From Owenia fusiformis (lineage: Eukaryota): a stretch of 64,000 bases of DNA. Location: NCBI GenBank assembly GCA_903813345.2, contig CAIIXF020000001.1:42346001-42410000 (forward strand), in the 5' to 3' direction. Position numbers and translations under genes: made by a program. Under the pieces are notes generated by a model that was given only the letters and a program-made list of their open reading frames with translations, made no database searches and was not told the DNA's origin. Below are positions 52,693 to 64,000 of the stretch, in pieces (position 1 is the first letter of the stretch; every line of letters begins with the position of its first letter).

Positions 52693-52903
52693 CACACTGC
52701 CCTACCCCCATACTATAGCCTATATTTCTACGGGCATACAGGCTACGGTGAAGTTGCAAATGGAGGACGTTTGTTTATTTCCATATTTCTGAAGGTATTC
52801 TAGATTTAACATAAATTCCAGACATAGAGAAATACCAACTCCATTCGCAACTTCACTGTTACCTTTATCCCTTTTAAAAGTGGTCACGAGGTAGGGTAGA
52901 GTG
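52693..52903. mobile_element. CAC..GTG MITE with probable 5-bp TSD
   Basis: TIRs CACACTGCCCTACC / GGTAGGGTAGAGTG; inner inverted pair GTGAAGTTGCAAATGGAG / CTCCATTCGCAACTTCAC; flanks ATAGT and ATGGT. Confidence 0.7.
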
Positions 52904-53759
52904 ATGGTATTCACGCTAAATAGTTATGTTTTATAGGTTATGTCAGTACAAACACATTGTTTCAAAAGGATGGTTGGTCATGGTGAAAAATATGTAAGTC
53001 ACTTTTGAGTCAATCATAAACCATTTATTAGCCTGATTCTGAGTTCAAATAGGATTAAAGAATGCCAATAATCAAGAGTCATCGATAGTTCATGATTCTA
53101 TGAAACCGACTGATAATATACCCAAATTTTATCACAAGCAAATAGAATTTGACAATATTTAATGTTGTTGACCTCACTTCTTTCAAGTCAAGTTTCAAAT
53201 CAAATGATTAACATTATATTTGATTTTGTAATATGTGTTAGTAATTCTTTGATTAATTCAATGAAAAACATATTTCAAATTCCCCATTCAGTGAGTATTA
53301 ACCAAAGATTACCAAACGTATTTAAAGATGTAAAGGAAGTAGTGCGCTCTCCCTTATGATCACCCCAAAAAAATTAATTCATCTGATTTTTCAAAATGAG
53401 TATACTGCCTTTATTATTACATATATATGCACACTAGTATCTTGTTGACTTATATTCAGCATTGATGTACACTGTTGCTCATAAATATGGAATATTAGAT
53501 TTGGCAGCTCACAATTCAAAGTTTGGAGTAAGAGAACAATTATTTGGAGTTGGTTCAGACATTTATTTTCCATGCAAATCATAACCACATATTTCATCTA
53601 CAAATCAACGTTTTCTAGAGAAAAAATATTCACATTTAAGTTTAGAAAATTAATGTTATTTAAACAGGGGTACCCTAAGAATTTTTGCATTTTCAAAACA
53701 CCCCGATCCAAATCGTCATGTAAAACAGATCCAACAGAATAAACATCTGGTCATGAAGA

Positions 53760-54830
53760 TTGAAGTGTCCTCTATCCAATGATAGCACTAATATGCGTTT
53801 TGTCCTCTTTGTGCTGCAATCAGAGCATCAACCCTACGGGACCAGCATAGATTGAAACATCTGATCTTTATAAGTGAAATAAGGCCACATTCCTCAATCT
53901 GGCCAGTGCGTAACGTGTCTAAATTTTGAGGTGGGGGTCCAAGTCACGAATCTCATTACCAAGGTCGTCCCACATTTGCTCTGCATTAGCATGATTGGCT
54001 GACTTTTGTGCCCATGGTAGCTGGTCCATATTGCCTGCCCTGATGTAATCCAACACAATGCCACTAGCATATGCATCAGCATGATTATTCTCTTAGTTGA
54101 ATGTTGCCCCAAAACACTCTGTTTGCATGTGGTACTTGATGGAGGTCCAAAAGGTCAAATTACTCTGAAATTATGTTTTGGAATCACCAAGGGGGTGCAA
54201 CTTCTGTAGTACTGCTCCAAACAACCTCTGTAATACTACTCCAAACGTAAATAGGGTCGCTTTCATGCACTGCTACATCAGTAAGTGTCCTTATTGTTTC
54301 TTTCCCCTGGTCTACGACAGAAAACGAATACAATTATCAACTTTGTGGAGAACACATCTTATTTCTTCACATGCTGTCATATGACACCAAAGATTAGGTC
54401 CAATGTTTTTGGTGCTTTCCTGCCCATTGAAGGCACCTTTCTTTTTTATGATGATCAGTCAGCTGTTGTCTCTTTAAAGGTCTCGTGGCCTTGCATCCTT
54501 TATAAAGAAATCACTGGTTCTCTATAGCTCTGGAACACAGGTTTTGAGGTGGGGCAGCCATTCACCTCGTAGACTACTGGTTGACTAATAAGCGATTTTG
54601 ATGACATAAATGCAGTAGGTGGTGGTCTTTTACATTTTTCTCTCTGGGGCTACTATTGCTGTGACCTGGAGTCTTATTATAGTGCCTTTGGTACCACTGC
54701 AAAGTTTTAGAGACTGTTCCTGACACACCCCTAGGGTCCTGGCAATGGCAGTTTGTTTCATGCCAGAGAGCGCCGTCCCTATGACCAGGCATGCTCTTTT
54801 TCACTTATTCTATGGGGCATGCCCTCTAAA
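53760..54830 (-). pseudogene. Heavily decayed Tc1-like transposase
   Basis: Minus strand gives GVSGTVSKTLQWY (HTH-like, ~54720) and NNHADAY..GIVLDYIRAGNMDQLPWAQKSANHANAEQMWDDLGNEIRD (~54090-53940), a degenerate DNARPH...WPxxSPDLNPIEHxWD segment; many stops and frameshifts. Confidence 0.7.
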
Positions 54831-55156
54831 AACTCTTCCAACTCTAAATTAAAATTTTATAAAATGTGTACAATGATTACAACTAAGATTTGGACACCTT
54901 CTTCAAGTTACCAATATCATGAGGTCATTGGGTCACCTGAGTGAATATGAGTTTAATCAACCATAAATGTTTCAACTTTTCATGCAGATCAGTTTTATAT
55001 GCAAAACTGATGAGGGAATGAGTACATATTACAAACTTTCATCAAAATGTTATCATTTTGTAGAAATTCCATCGAACAGTTCTTATCTATAAAATATTCC
55101 ATATTTATGAGCAACAGTGTATAGGCCACTTATTAGGGTCAATATTCAATCATGAA

Positions 55157-56293
55157 GTGTTGAGGCATAGATTCCAAACCGAGCATTTAGACTTTACCCA
55201 GATGGCTACCTCTATCGCACAGGCAGCAAGTCGCGCTCTAGGTCTAGTAATTGCCAAGTACAAGGCAAATGGTGGTATGCCATTTAAGTGCTTTACAAGA
55301 CTGTACGATAGTTTAGTCACACCAATTTTGGAATACGGTGCAGAAGTCTGGGGATTTAAGGAGTATGCATGTATTAATACTGTTTTTCACCGAGCCTGTA
55401 GAGCATTTCTTGGATTAGGCAGGTATACACCCAACCTTGCTGTCCAGGGCGAGATGGGGTGGACCTCACCATTTGAAAAACAGATGAAGAAAAACCATAA
55501 GTTTAACTTGCGACTTCAGTCCCTTAGCCACAATAGGTTGACCAACCGTATTTACCATTGGAATGTTTTACGTGCTAACAGTGGAAAGAAAAACACCTTA
55601 TACCACCTGAGGCAGGTTTACGATTCTCTCCAGGTTAATGATGACGACCCGGTGTCGGCGATTGTGTCACCTCTGGAACGTCAAGTGCAGAACAACTGGC
55701 AAACAAGACTCTGGGACGATTCAAAGCGGCAACAAGGAAACAAACTCAGAACTTTTAGAACCTATAAACATGACATAAAAACAGAAAGATATGTTACATC
55801 AACGCTTTCTATCTCTCAAAGAAAGCCATTTGCCTCAATAAGATGTGGTGTAGCACCAATAAGAATAGAAACTGGTCGGTATGAAAGGCTGCCAGTTGAT
55901 GAAAGGGTGTGTCCCTTATGTGATATTGCAATTGAAAACGAAAGACATGTAACTCTGAACTGTTCTCGTTATGAAGACATCCGTTTAGACTTGTATGCAA
56001 ACGTTTCTACTATTGTAACTGGTTTCATGAATTTAGATGAAGAGAGTAAATTTCAGTGTTTAATGTCTAATGACAGAATTTGTCTTTTCACAGCAAAAGC
56101 CTGTGACCGGATGCTTAAGCGACGGGAACATTTTATTTACAAAACCTGATTAATATGTTTTTACAAAAGTGTCTTATAGGCCCATAGGGGGCCTGGGGTG
56201 ATTTTAACAGTGTACTATTGTTTTAAATATGTAATTGTATTTTAACTCATGACACTATAATAAAATTAAAATAAATAAATTAAATAATAAATT
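55157..56293 (+). mobile_element. 5'-truncated non-LTR retrotransposon (RTE-X/CR1-group-like)
   Basis: Open 330-codon frame (to 56149) with LYDSLVTPILEYGAEVWG, GEMGW, NKLRTFRTYK, IRIETGRY and the CCHC knuckle CPLC...ENERHVTLNC; short 3' UTR and (TAAA)-rich tail. The true 5' junction is probably ~55180. Confidence 0.88.
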
Positions 56294-56730
56294 ATATTTA
56301 TTACATTTTGCATATTTGCATATTCCATTTAACTGATTCAATTTGACCTGTTTAAAACTCATTATTGTCAAAGAAAGTCAAGGCTGGAGATAGTTTATGG
56401 TAAGTGGCTTTTTACAATGGGTAAACTGTTTTTAAAGATGTAGTTCAAACGTTTATCAAATTACATGGGTGTCCTATCTTAATAAAATCCTTATACTATA
56501 AACATATCACATAAATAAATAAAAAACAAAAAAAACATGTTCTGTTATTAAGTAAAGCATAATAGAAAATTGCCGATATTTGCTTCATTTATTGTACCTG
56601 TTGACCTCTGAAATCCAAATACATCATCAGAGGGAGGGGGGTTCAGCCTCGTTTTGGAATTGCTTGAGTTCGCCATTGAACAAAAAACTTTTTTCAAAAC
56701 TGAAGACAAAACGAGCCTTAGTAGTACTAA

Positions 56731-59700
56731 ATGCCGAATAGGTGTGTGGTGGGGAGCTGTAGCAACGTGCCCCGAGAGGGGATTTCGTTGTTTAGATGGC
56801 CAAAAGACCCCAAGATGTCCCGATTGTGGTGTAACTTTGTGAAAAATACGAGGCGGGATTTCACTCCCAGTGAGAAAAGCAGAGTTTGCTCTGCTCATTT
56901 CAACCCAGATTGTTTCGATGTAAATGAGACGAAAAATGCCATACTCTTATCGATGGGACAGAAACCCATGTAAGTAAGATCTATAAGCAGTATTTGACAG
57001 AGTTTGTGTGATTATTTAGTGTGAATATCACCTCGGGAATCTGCAAATTTGAACCAGGAAATAAAAAATATTTTTCGTTTTTTAATATTTATTTCCCATG
57101 TTTTCCGAATTCCTTTCACCATAGAGGCTCATCAAATGGTCACATGTACCGATCCACTGGTATGATTGGTTGCAGGGGTGGATCTGGGAATCAACAGGGG
57201 GGGGGCAAGGCCCAATTATGCCAAAAAGGCCCACTTATTTGGGCCCCGAGTGCTTTTTGGGCCCAATTTTTTTTCTGACCCCCCCCCCAGATCTGCCAGT
57301 GGGTTGGTACCAGGGGGTTTGTAGAACTCTTGTCCAATTTTGTGCACAAAATGGTTCAAACCTGTTTCTATTATTTTGTTAATTTTACAGAACATGACAT
57401 GTTGTTTGCCAATCTTATATTTGTAGGCCTCGGACATTGAAAAATGATGCAGTGCCCACAATCAAGACTGACACTCCAAAGTCGCCAACCCCATGTGCGG
57501 CTCCAGCCCCATGTGCGTCTCCAACCCCATGTGCATCTCCAACCCCATGTGCGTCTCCTAGTAATACATGTACTCCAAAGAGAGGTGCTTTTTTGAAAAG
57601 AGTAAGTAATAAAGGAAAGCTTCCTTTACCCTGTAAATAGATTATTTATCACCATTTCCAAACAATGGTGGTTTGAAAGCCCATAGTTTCAAATATTGTC
57701 TAGATACATATCCCTTAAAATTTGTATATTTTACATTTTGTATACTGTCATCCACTGATGTGTGGCCTCTTGTAAATTCACTTATGTAAGAAAATCCTCA
57801 CTTCAGCTAATCCACTGCTCATTTATTTATTGCTCAGACTGTATTTGATTCAGAGGATTGGGCAAATTTTGAAAATTTTTCTACTATTTAACTTGCCGGA
57901 TTGACCCATCAGTAAAATATGGATATTTTAGGGCTAGGAATTCATGGGTTACAATCCAAATATTTTAAGAATTTACACAATGTTTTAGGCTCATCAAGAT
58001 GCTCTCAAGAATGCCCTTGATATGACCCCCTGGAGCCCTGTCGCTGTCAAGGCCAAGATCCAGAGAACAACTACTCCGTCTCCCTGTCATTATATCCCTG
58101 ACTGTCCAACCAAAGAAGCTGCATCACAAGCACAGGTTACCACAAAATGTGCCAACACACAAGTCACACAAGTCCAACTTCACTTAACACGTGTGAAGCA
58201 AGTCCAGACAACCAAAGTTAATCTCAGGAACGCAGGTAATTGTCATTACATTTTTACAAAATAACTCAAGTCAACATTTTTCGACCTAGTGGAGAGTTAC
58301 CATAGTAATAAAAATAAAACATGCGTAAACTCTCTGCACTAATTGTTGCACCTTTAAATAGGAAAAGTGGATCCCCAGATATTTCAAGTACAGTATGTGA
58401 TAATAATATACATGAGCACACATTTTCAGGTGTCCAAACTTTACCTGAGGCCAAACCTTCAACTATGTCCATCAGTACCCAGACAAATACAATAGACGAG
58501 TCATCAGATGAGGAATCAGACGATGAGCCAATGGAGGACGATGCAATGGATCCAGACTGGGAACCCAAACCTGATGATTATGACGATGATGAAGACTCTA
58601 TGACAGAGGATGAAGACTTTGAAGAGGATCATACAATAAAAAGGTAAATTCGATTTTGAGCACAATGATAAATACCCCCTTTCATTTAGTTTTAATGCCT
58701 TGCAATGCAGAGCTTTCATTAGCAGCAGGCAACTAGTGTTTTTAAAAATGGACACCCATTATCGTATTATGAAAGAAAAAAGTGTGGGATTGCCAAGGAT
58801 TAATTTTTCTCATTTCAAATATTTTGAGATTTAAAAATCTTTAAAATTGAACCCTCCAATGACTGTATCATGTCCCACTTAGGTGGGTATGAGGTACAAA
58901 GCCCAAATTAAATAGAAGTACAGAAGTTTGATAATATGATGATTGAAGTAAATTCTCATTTCAGGCAACAGTTTGATGACACTTCTATGTTCATTGTCCA
59001 GCTGTCACAGTTAATGACCCTGTTCACTTTGTGTTTCCACTGCAAAAGCAGTGAAACGTCAGTCATTGTTGATGGAGTTCAGGGTACCATGCTTGGCCTG
59101 AGACAGCTTTGCAACACCTGTGGGAAGTCATTTCTATGGAGTTCCCAGACTCTCTTCCATGGTATTGCTAGGGGAAATATCTTCCTCTCTGCCAGTATCC
59201 TATTCACAGGTACATACATACAATATGTTAAGGTATTTTATAGTATCCAGACCTGCCAACCTCAAATGAAAAATTAGTGGGAGATTTAAAAAAAAAATGT
59301 GGTACTTTTTATGGGATATTTTTCCCAAATCTGGTATCTGAGTGTTGAACTTTGATAACTGAAGTTCTCATTTAGAGGGTTCTTGCTGTATTACTCTACA
59401 AGGAATTCTACAGATCATTTAAATATCTCTTGTAGCCTTACATTATTTATGGATTTGATTTTGATTGATTGAAGTACACTATGTGTAGGAGAACAAAAGC
59501 ATTTACTGTTGATAGATTTCACTACAGAGAAATGTTTACTAACACATTCACATATCAATTATGACATTAACAACTGATTATCTGTAATTAAAGGTTCAAC
59601 TCCAACAAAGACCCTAAGGCAGCTAAAGTGTTGGGGGGTTCAGGCGTACAGCCGTTCAACATTTTTCTACCATCAGAAGAATTACCTACATGGTGAGCAT

Positions 59701-62700
59701 TAATATCTTTAAATTAATATATAACACCTGTGTATTCAATAAAAAAATGAATGATGTGGCCAAACTTGTTTTAATTTGTTTTGATAGGGCTAGATTCTCT
59801 AATTTGATGGTAAAAAACTACCCATAGATAGATGGTATTTGAAACTCACTGAGGTTTTAATTCTCTTTTTTGAAGCATCTGATCTAGTTTACTGCATGAT
59901 TGAATGTTTGGAAACTTTAATTAGGGAAAATGTGAAATTCAAAATTCAGGTGCAATCCGTAGACTATGGAAAAAGCAACAGGAAGTCTTGTTGGAAACAG
60001 CTGCAAAATCAGGCATGATCGTAGGGGGAGATGGAAGATGTGACAGTATGGGCCACTGTGCCAAGTATGGCTCATACTCGCTCATCGACATGGTCCGGAA
60101 TAAAATTGTAGCTCTAGAACTTGTACAGGTACAATGAAAAAGCTGGTGAATCTGTTGATATGCAGTTTGTGTTTAGCTTGCTTCGTTTACTGTTCAGCTA
60201 AAATAATATTTTCATTTTCAGAAAAGTGAAGGGACATCACCATCGAGCTCCCCTTTTGAATTCCAAGATAGTATACACATTTGTTTCCTATGTCTAATTT
60301 TTCAGTCATTTTACTATGTTTAATTTTCAGTTAAGTGCCACTGCAGAGGATATGCAGTTTGTGTCTAGCTTGCTTCATTTACTGTTCAGCTAAAATAATA
60401 TTTTCATTTTCAGAAAAGTAAAGGGACATCACCATCGAGCTCCCCCTTTGAATTCCAAGATAGTATACACATTTGTTTCCTATGTCTAATTTTTCAGTCA
60501 TTTTACTATGTTTAATTTTCAGCTAAGTGCCACTGCAGAGGATCTTCTTGAAACAAATTAGAGGTGTGGAATATTTTGTTCATCACCAGCAATAACACTT
60601 AAAAATGCTAAATAGTAGTGGTGTCAGGTTTCAATCGGTTAACTGGTTAACCACCGTGTAAAATTTTAATCCCTATAAATTCCTGCGCTTACATTGCATA
60701 GTAATCTGTTTGTTTTTCAAGTAAGTTTTTTTTACGTAAAACTTGAGGAATGTAAAAAATGAACGCCAATATAACATTTCTTCTAAAAGATTTTTTTCAA
60801 CATTCAAGATCTCATTTGAAATCATCATGTTATATTTCCCCCGGTTAACCGACTTCACCGGTAAAGACACCCAGTTAACTGGTTAATGCTCAAGCAGTTA
60901 ATTGACAACACTACTAAATAGTCTCCCATACATCCCTTTATAATCTGAGGTAGTTCAATTTTTGGAATTGAACTTAATCCTCATAATCATTGATTCATGG
61001 AAGTTTCTCCCTGTTCATATTTCTTTACCTGATGATTTTCAGAAAAATGAAGTAGCATCCTCCAACCACATGGAACTTGAAGGCCTGAAACGGTGCAAAA
61101 CTTCCCTGGGAATGTCTAAGGTGAAGGCATTTATAACGGACCGGCACATGATGGTGAATAAGTGGGTTAGGGAGTGCTGGAAGGGTGTCAAACATTACTT
61201 TGACATATGGCATGTCTGCAAGTCCCTGAAGAAAAAACTTATGAAATTGGCCAAGAGGGCAAATGGTACGCTAGTAGGAATTTGGCTGAGAAGCATAATC
61301 TCCCACGTCTATTACGTGGGGGCAACATCCAATGGTAGGTGTATATACAACGGATCAAGTAACTTTTGAACATTGCCTCACTTTTATGAACCAACTATGT
61401 ACATTTAGATTATTTAGATATCCCCTAAATTGTTTGAAATGAACATTTACAAGTTTTGTAATGGGAATAATAAAACTGTTCACTTTTTTTAACAGTTGCA
61501 TATTTCAATAGACTAGATGCGAGTAGAAATAATCTTGATTTACGTCATCAAAAATTCAGTCAAACTGATGTCATATTTGGAATCTACATGTAGAATTACA
61601 TCTAGAAATGTGGTTTTGAAAAGAATTTATCAACTTTGAAAATTTAATTTTCTTTGAAAATGTGACTTCTAGGTCGGGGAGATTCCCCATAGAGCCCATG
61701 TTGTAAAATCACAAAAAGTGAAATATCTTTTCTTGTGTTGGGCAGATAATATTTTCTTTTACTGGGCATATTTTAATTTGTATAAATATCAGATACAAAA
61801 GGGTAATATGAAAAGTGAGCAACTAAAACTGATGAATATTCAAGTTTAGGGAATTTTGTAATACCCCACCATGTTATTTCCCCCAACTCAGCCACCTGGT
61901 GGCGAAACTTGTAACTACCTACTCGCATCTGAGTAATTGGCTTCAATTCCTTTTTTTATTTATTTATATATTTCTTCAATTCCTATCACACATGAACATT
62001 TATTTTCTATCTATTTCAGGGGATAAAGAATTGGCCAAGGAAAAATGGGTTGCCATCACCAACCATCTAATAGATGTCCACAAGCACAGGGGACATGTCC
62101 ATTTTAAAGAATGTGACCACCCATTAAACTATGCTAGGACCAAGGATTACTTTACACCAGGTAATCAGTAAAAATCTTTTCCATTTCCATCCACAGTCTA
62201 TGTTGCACCTTTAAATTGGCGTTCTGGTCTTGGATTGTGATATTGGTTCTTGAACGGTGGGGGAAAGGGGGTATTAGATATTGTTTCTTTTCATGTTAGA
62301 TCATGGTTTTGAGATATATGGGGTTTGTTTTTCTCATCTGGCATGCACTTAGCGTTTCTTTTTTCTTGTTGAGTTCCATTGCAACTTTTGCTCCTTTCCC
62401 TTTGGCACTTGTGCTTAGATATATATATGTTAGGAGGCATAATACTTTATGATGCAATTGATTATCCATCTAAATATAGTTTCATGAAATCAAAAGATCA
62501 GCGCATTATCAAGATGTTTGATTTGAAGCAGTCTCAGTATTTTCAATTTTTTTAGGTACTGAAGTATATGAAGACCTAACATCTTTGCTTATGAATAGGA
62601 AGCTTGTGAAGGATATTTCGAGAGTGTCTCCATGTGGCCAAACAGCATCTTTGGAGGGGTACCATGCTTTGGTATGCCACTTCGCCCCAAAAATGTACCA

Positions 62701-63378
62701 CTTTGGCTATGAAGGGATGAAAAGCAGGTAGGCCTAACAATGTTTCTCAAGTGTATACAGTTTGGCAGAGAAAAGAAATTTCATTAAATTATGTTGTTAA
62801 CCCTTAAATGGTTAGGGGCAAAGATCTGCCCCCCCCCCTTAATCGTTATTCTCTAACTGTTTAAGGGTAAACTCTCATTAAAATGAATTTGAAAATTTGA
62901 TATCTCCTTTCTTGCTGTATTGTTTTGAAACTCATACCCTGGTCTAAGTACTTTCACAAAGGTGAGCGGTGGAATTCAATATCTTTAACAGTGTAAAAGT
63001 CCAAATATTTTGGAATGTTAAAGTTATATGTATCAATACAATAGCCAGATTTGCCCAAGGTTGTTTAACTTTTCCACAAATTCTAGAGGGAGTTGATTTT
63101 GGACAAGTTTTGCCCTAAATGACATGACAATTGCTCATAATGTTTGAAAAACTGCTACGAGTCTGCAAATGTTGTATAATTATTTAAATACTAATCATTG
63201 GTTAATGCATTATGACTTTTTCAGACTTCAACTTGCTGCAATTCACTACAATGAGAATGCGGGTAGAGCATATGGAAGGAAGAAAGATGGTACTATCAAA
63301 CTTAATTTGTTCTACCCAAGGAACAAGGTTCACGAGGCCACTGTGAGAGAAGTCAGATCAAGAATGACATTCAGCTAG
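56731..63378 (+). CDS. 11-exon THAP + DDE transposase (Kolobok type), 718 aa by manual splicing
   Basis: Exons 56731-56969, 57427-57601, 57989-58235, 58430-58643, 58965-59209, 59594-59692, 59950-60128, 61043-61334, 62020-62160, 62556-62727, 63225-63378. All ten introns are GT-AG with matching phases; total 2157 nt with no internal stop. Motifs: THAP C2CH + AVPTI, acidic tract, CxxC..CxxC, GGDGRCDSMGHCAKYGSY, TDRH, DIWH, QTASLEGYH, LAAIHYNEN. Confidence 0.9.
57173..57301. mobile_element. 129-bp MITE in intron 1, 5-bp TSD
   Basis: CAGGGGTGGATCTGGG / CCCAGATCTGCCAGTG; GGTTG on both flanks. Confidence 0.8.
57485..57558 (+). repeat. Coding 18-nt tandem repeat (PTPCAS x4) in exon 2
   Basis: CCAACCCCATGTGCGTCT-like unit repeated four times in frame. 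Confidence 0.9.
60157..60540 (+). repeat. 192-bp tandem duplication in intron 7
   Basis: 60157-60348 and 60349-60540 differ at only a few positions. Confidence 0.95.
60616..60913. mobile_element. hAT MITE in intron 7, 8-bp TSD
   Basis: TAGTGGTGTCA / TGACAACACTA; CTAAATAG at 60608-60615 and 60914-60921; GGTTAAC subterminal repeats. Confidence 0.9.
62220..62425 (+). repeat. Dispersed ~200-bp repeat, copy 4, in intron 9
   Basis: Homologous to 17210-17412, 27960-28085 and 40572-40700. Confidence 0.75.
62801..62867. mobile_element. 67-bp piggyBac-like MITE in intron 10
   Basis: TTAA|CCCTTAAATGGTTAG ... CTAACTGTTTAAGGG|TAAA. Confidence 0.65.
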
Positions 63379-63542
63379 CATACCTGCTTATGCATCGGGA
63401 AGAGGCCAGACTAATAGTGAACTCCTTTAATGGCCCCCGACCACTATCACTGGAGGAACCATTCCATGACAAACAGGAAGTGTTTGACCTGCGACAGCCA
63501 CGGGCAAGGTTTGGAAATGTGGAAGACCCAGAAGGACAATGA
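63375..63542 (+). other. Out-of-frame probable native C-terminus of the transposase
   Basis: An alternative frame reads LAYLLMHREEARLIVNSFNGPRPLSLEEPFHDKQEVFDLRQPRARFGNVEDPEGQ*, resembling the PxPL...KxE....RF tail I recall for this family. Confidence 0.6.
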
Positions 63543-64000
63543 ACATTAGACTGTACACAACATTGTACACAAGTGTTAACAGTGGTGATTGTTCAGGACT
63601 TGATTGAATGAATGATTTTACAACATTTCAGACTCGTTTTGTAAGGGAATGGAATGTTACATACATTTGACAGAATGGAGTAAAAAGGTAGTAATATGCC
63701 ATTTCATCAACAAACACAAGTTGATATTCTCAGATATTCTAACTTAAACCAACAGATTTTTTGTGGGATCATTCCATCATATAGTTCACAGTTACCATTT
63801 TTAATAATGGATTTTCATTGGTGTCATTTGCTAGTTGAGTTTATACAAACAATCAATTCTAAGGGAAAGGAATGTAAGGGAATGGAATGTTACATACAAA
63901 CAATCAATTCTTCTCTAAAGATCATCTTTATATTTTAACTATCATTCTTCAATTCCAATAAATGACTGTTAATGTAGTAAGTCGTGTAAAAAATGGTATT

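Larger units (their letters stand above)
56436..64000 (+). mobile_element. Kolobok-type DNA transposon (runs off the right edge)
   Basis: TTAA (56432-56435) then AGATGTAGTTCAAACG, 295 bp upstream of a spliced THAP-DDE transposase; the right TIR is not in the window. Confidence 0.7.

Noticed and set aside
6600..53600. Numerous 60-115-aa ORFs as host genes
   Set aside because: No recognisable domains or consistent exon chains; many start at TTG/GTG or lie in repeats. Small host exons in this span cannot be excluded by eye.
56548..57461. Antisense and alternative-frame ORFs over exon 1 and intron 1
   Set aside because: Shadows of the THAP exon and the GC-rich MITE; no independent motif support.
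60157..60540. Duplicated alternative exons in intron 7 (several TTTCAG acceptors)
   Set aside because: Exon 7 joins exon 8 in phase with continuous family motifs (ELVQ|KNEV); the repeat has no supported coding frame.
63543..64000. KolX or other second gene within the window
   Set aside because: No recognisable coding motif on either strand; only UTR-like sequence with short duplications (TAAGGGAATGGAATGTTACATACA twice).

Overview
AT-rich eukaryotic DNA, probably from a marine invertebrate (inferred from the transposon repertoire and GT-AG introns). It is almost entirely a nested transposon graveyard, and I can support no ordinary host gene. The main coding feature is at the right end: an 11-exon THAP + DDE transposase gene of Kolobok type (56731-63378, +). 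My manual splice reconstruction keeps one frame for 718 aa with all catalytic motifs. A probable TTAA|AG left terminus lies at 56436, several MITEs/repeats sit in its introns, and its natural C-terminus appears displaced out of frame (63375-63542). The left end holds a decayed Academ transposase split by three successive insertions; one of these is a deleted Harbinger carrying a mariner D34D fragment. Also present: nested Crypton-like hairpin elements, a 2.8-kb CAC..GTG element with a 5-bp TSD carrying a 1.1-kb pentamer microsatellite, a split THAP relic, a decayed Tc1 transposase, two 5'-truncated LINE ends and many MITEs. All family assignments come from recognising motifs, termini and TSDs by eye; no database search was run.
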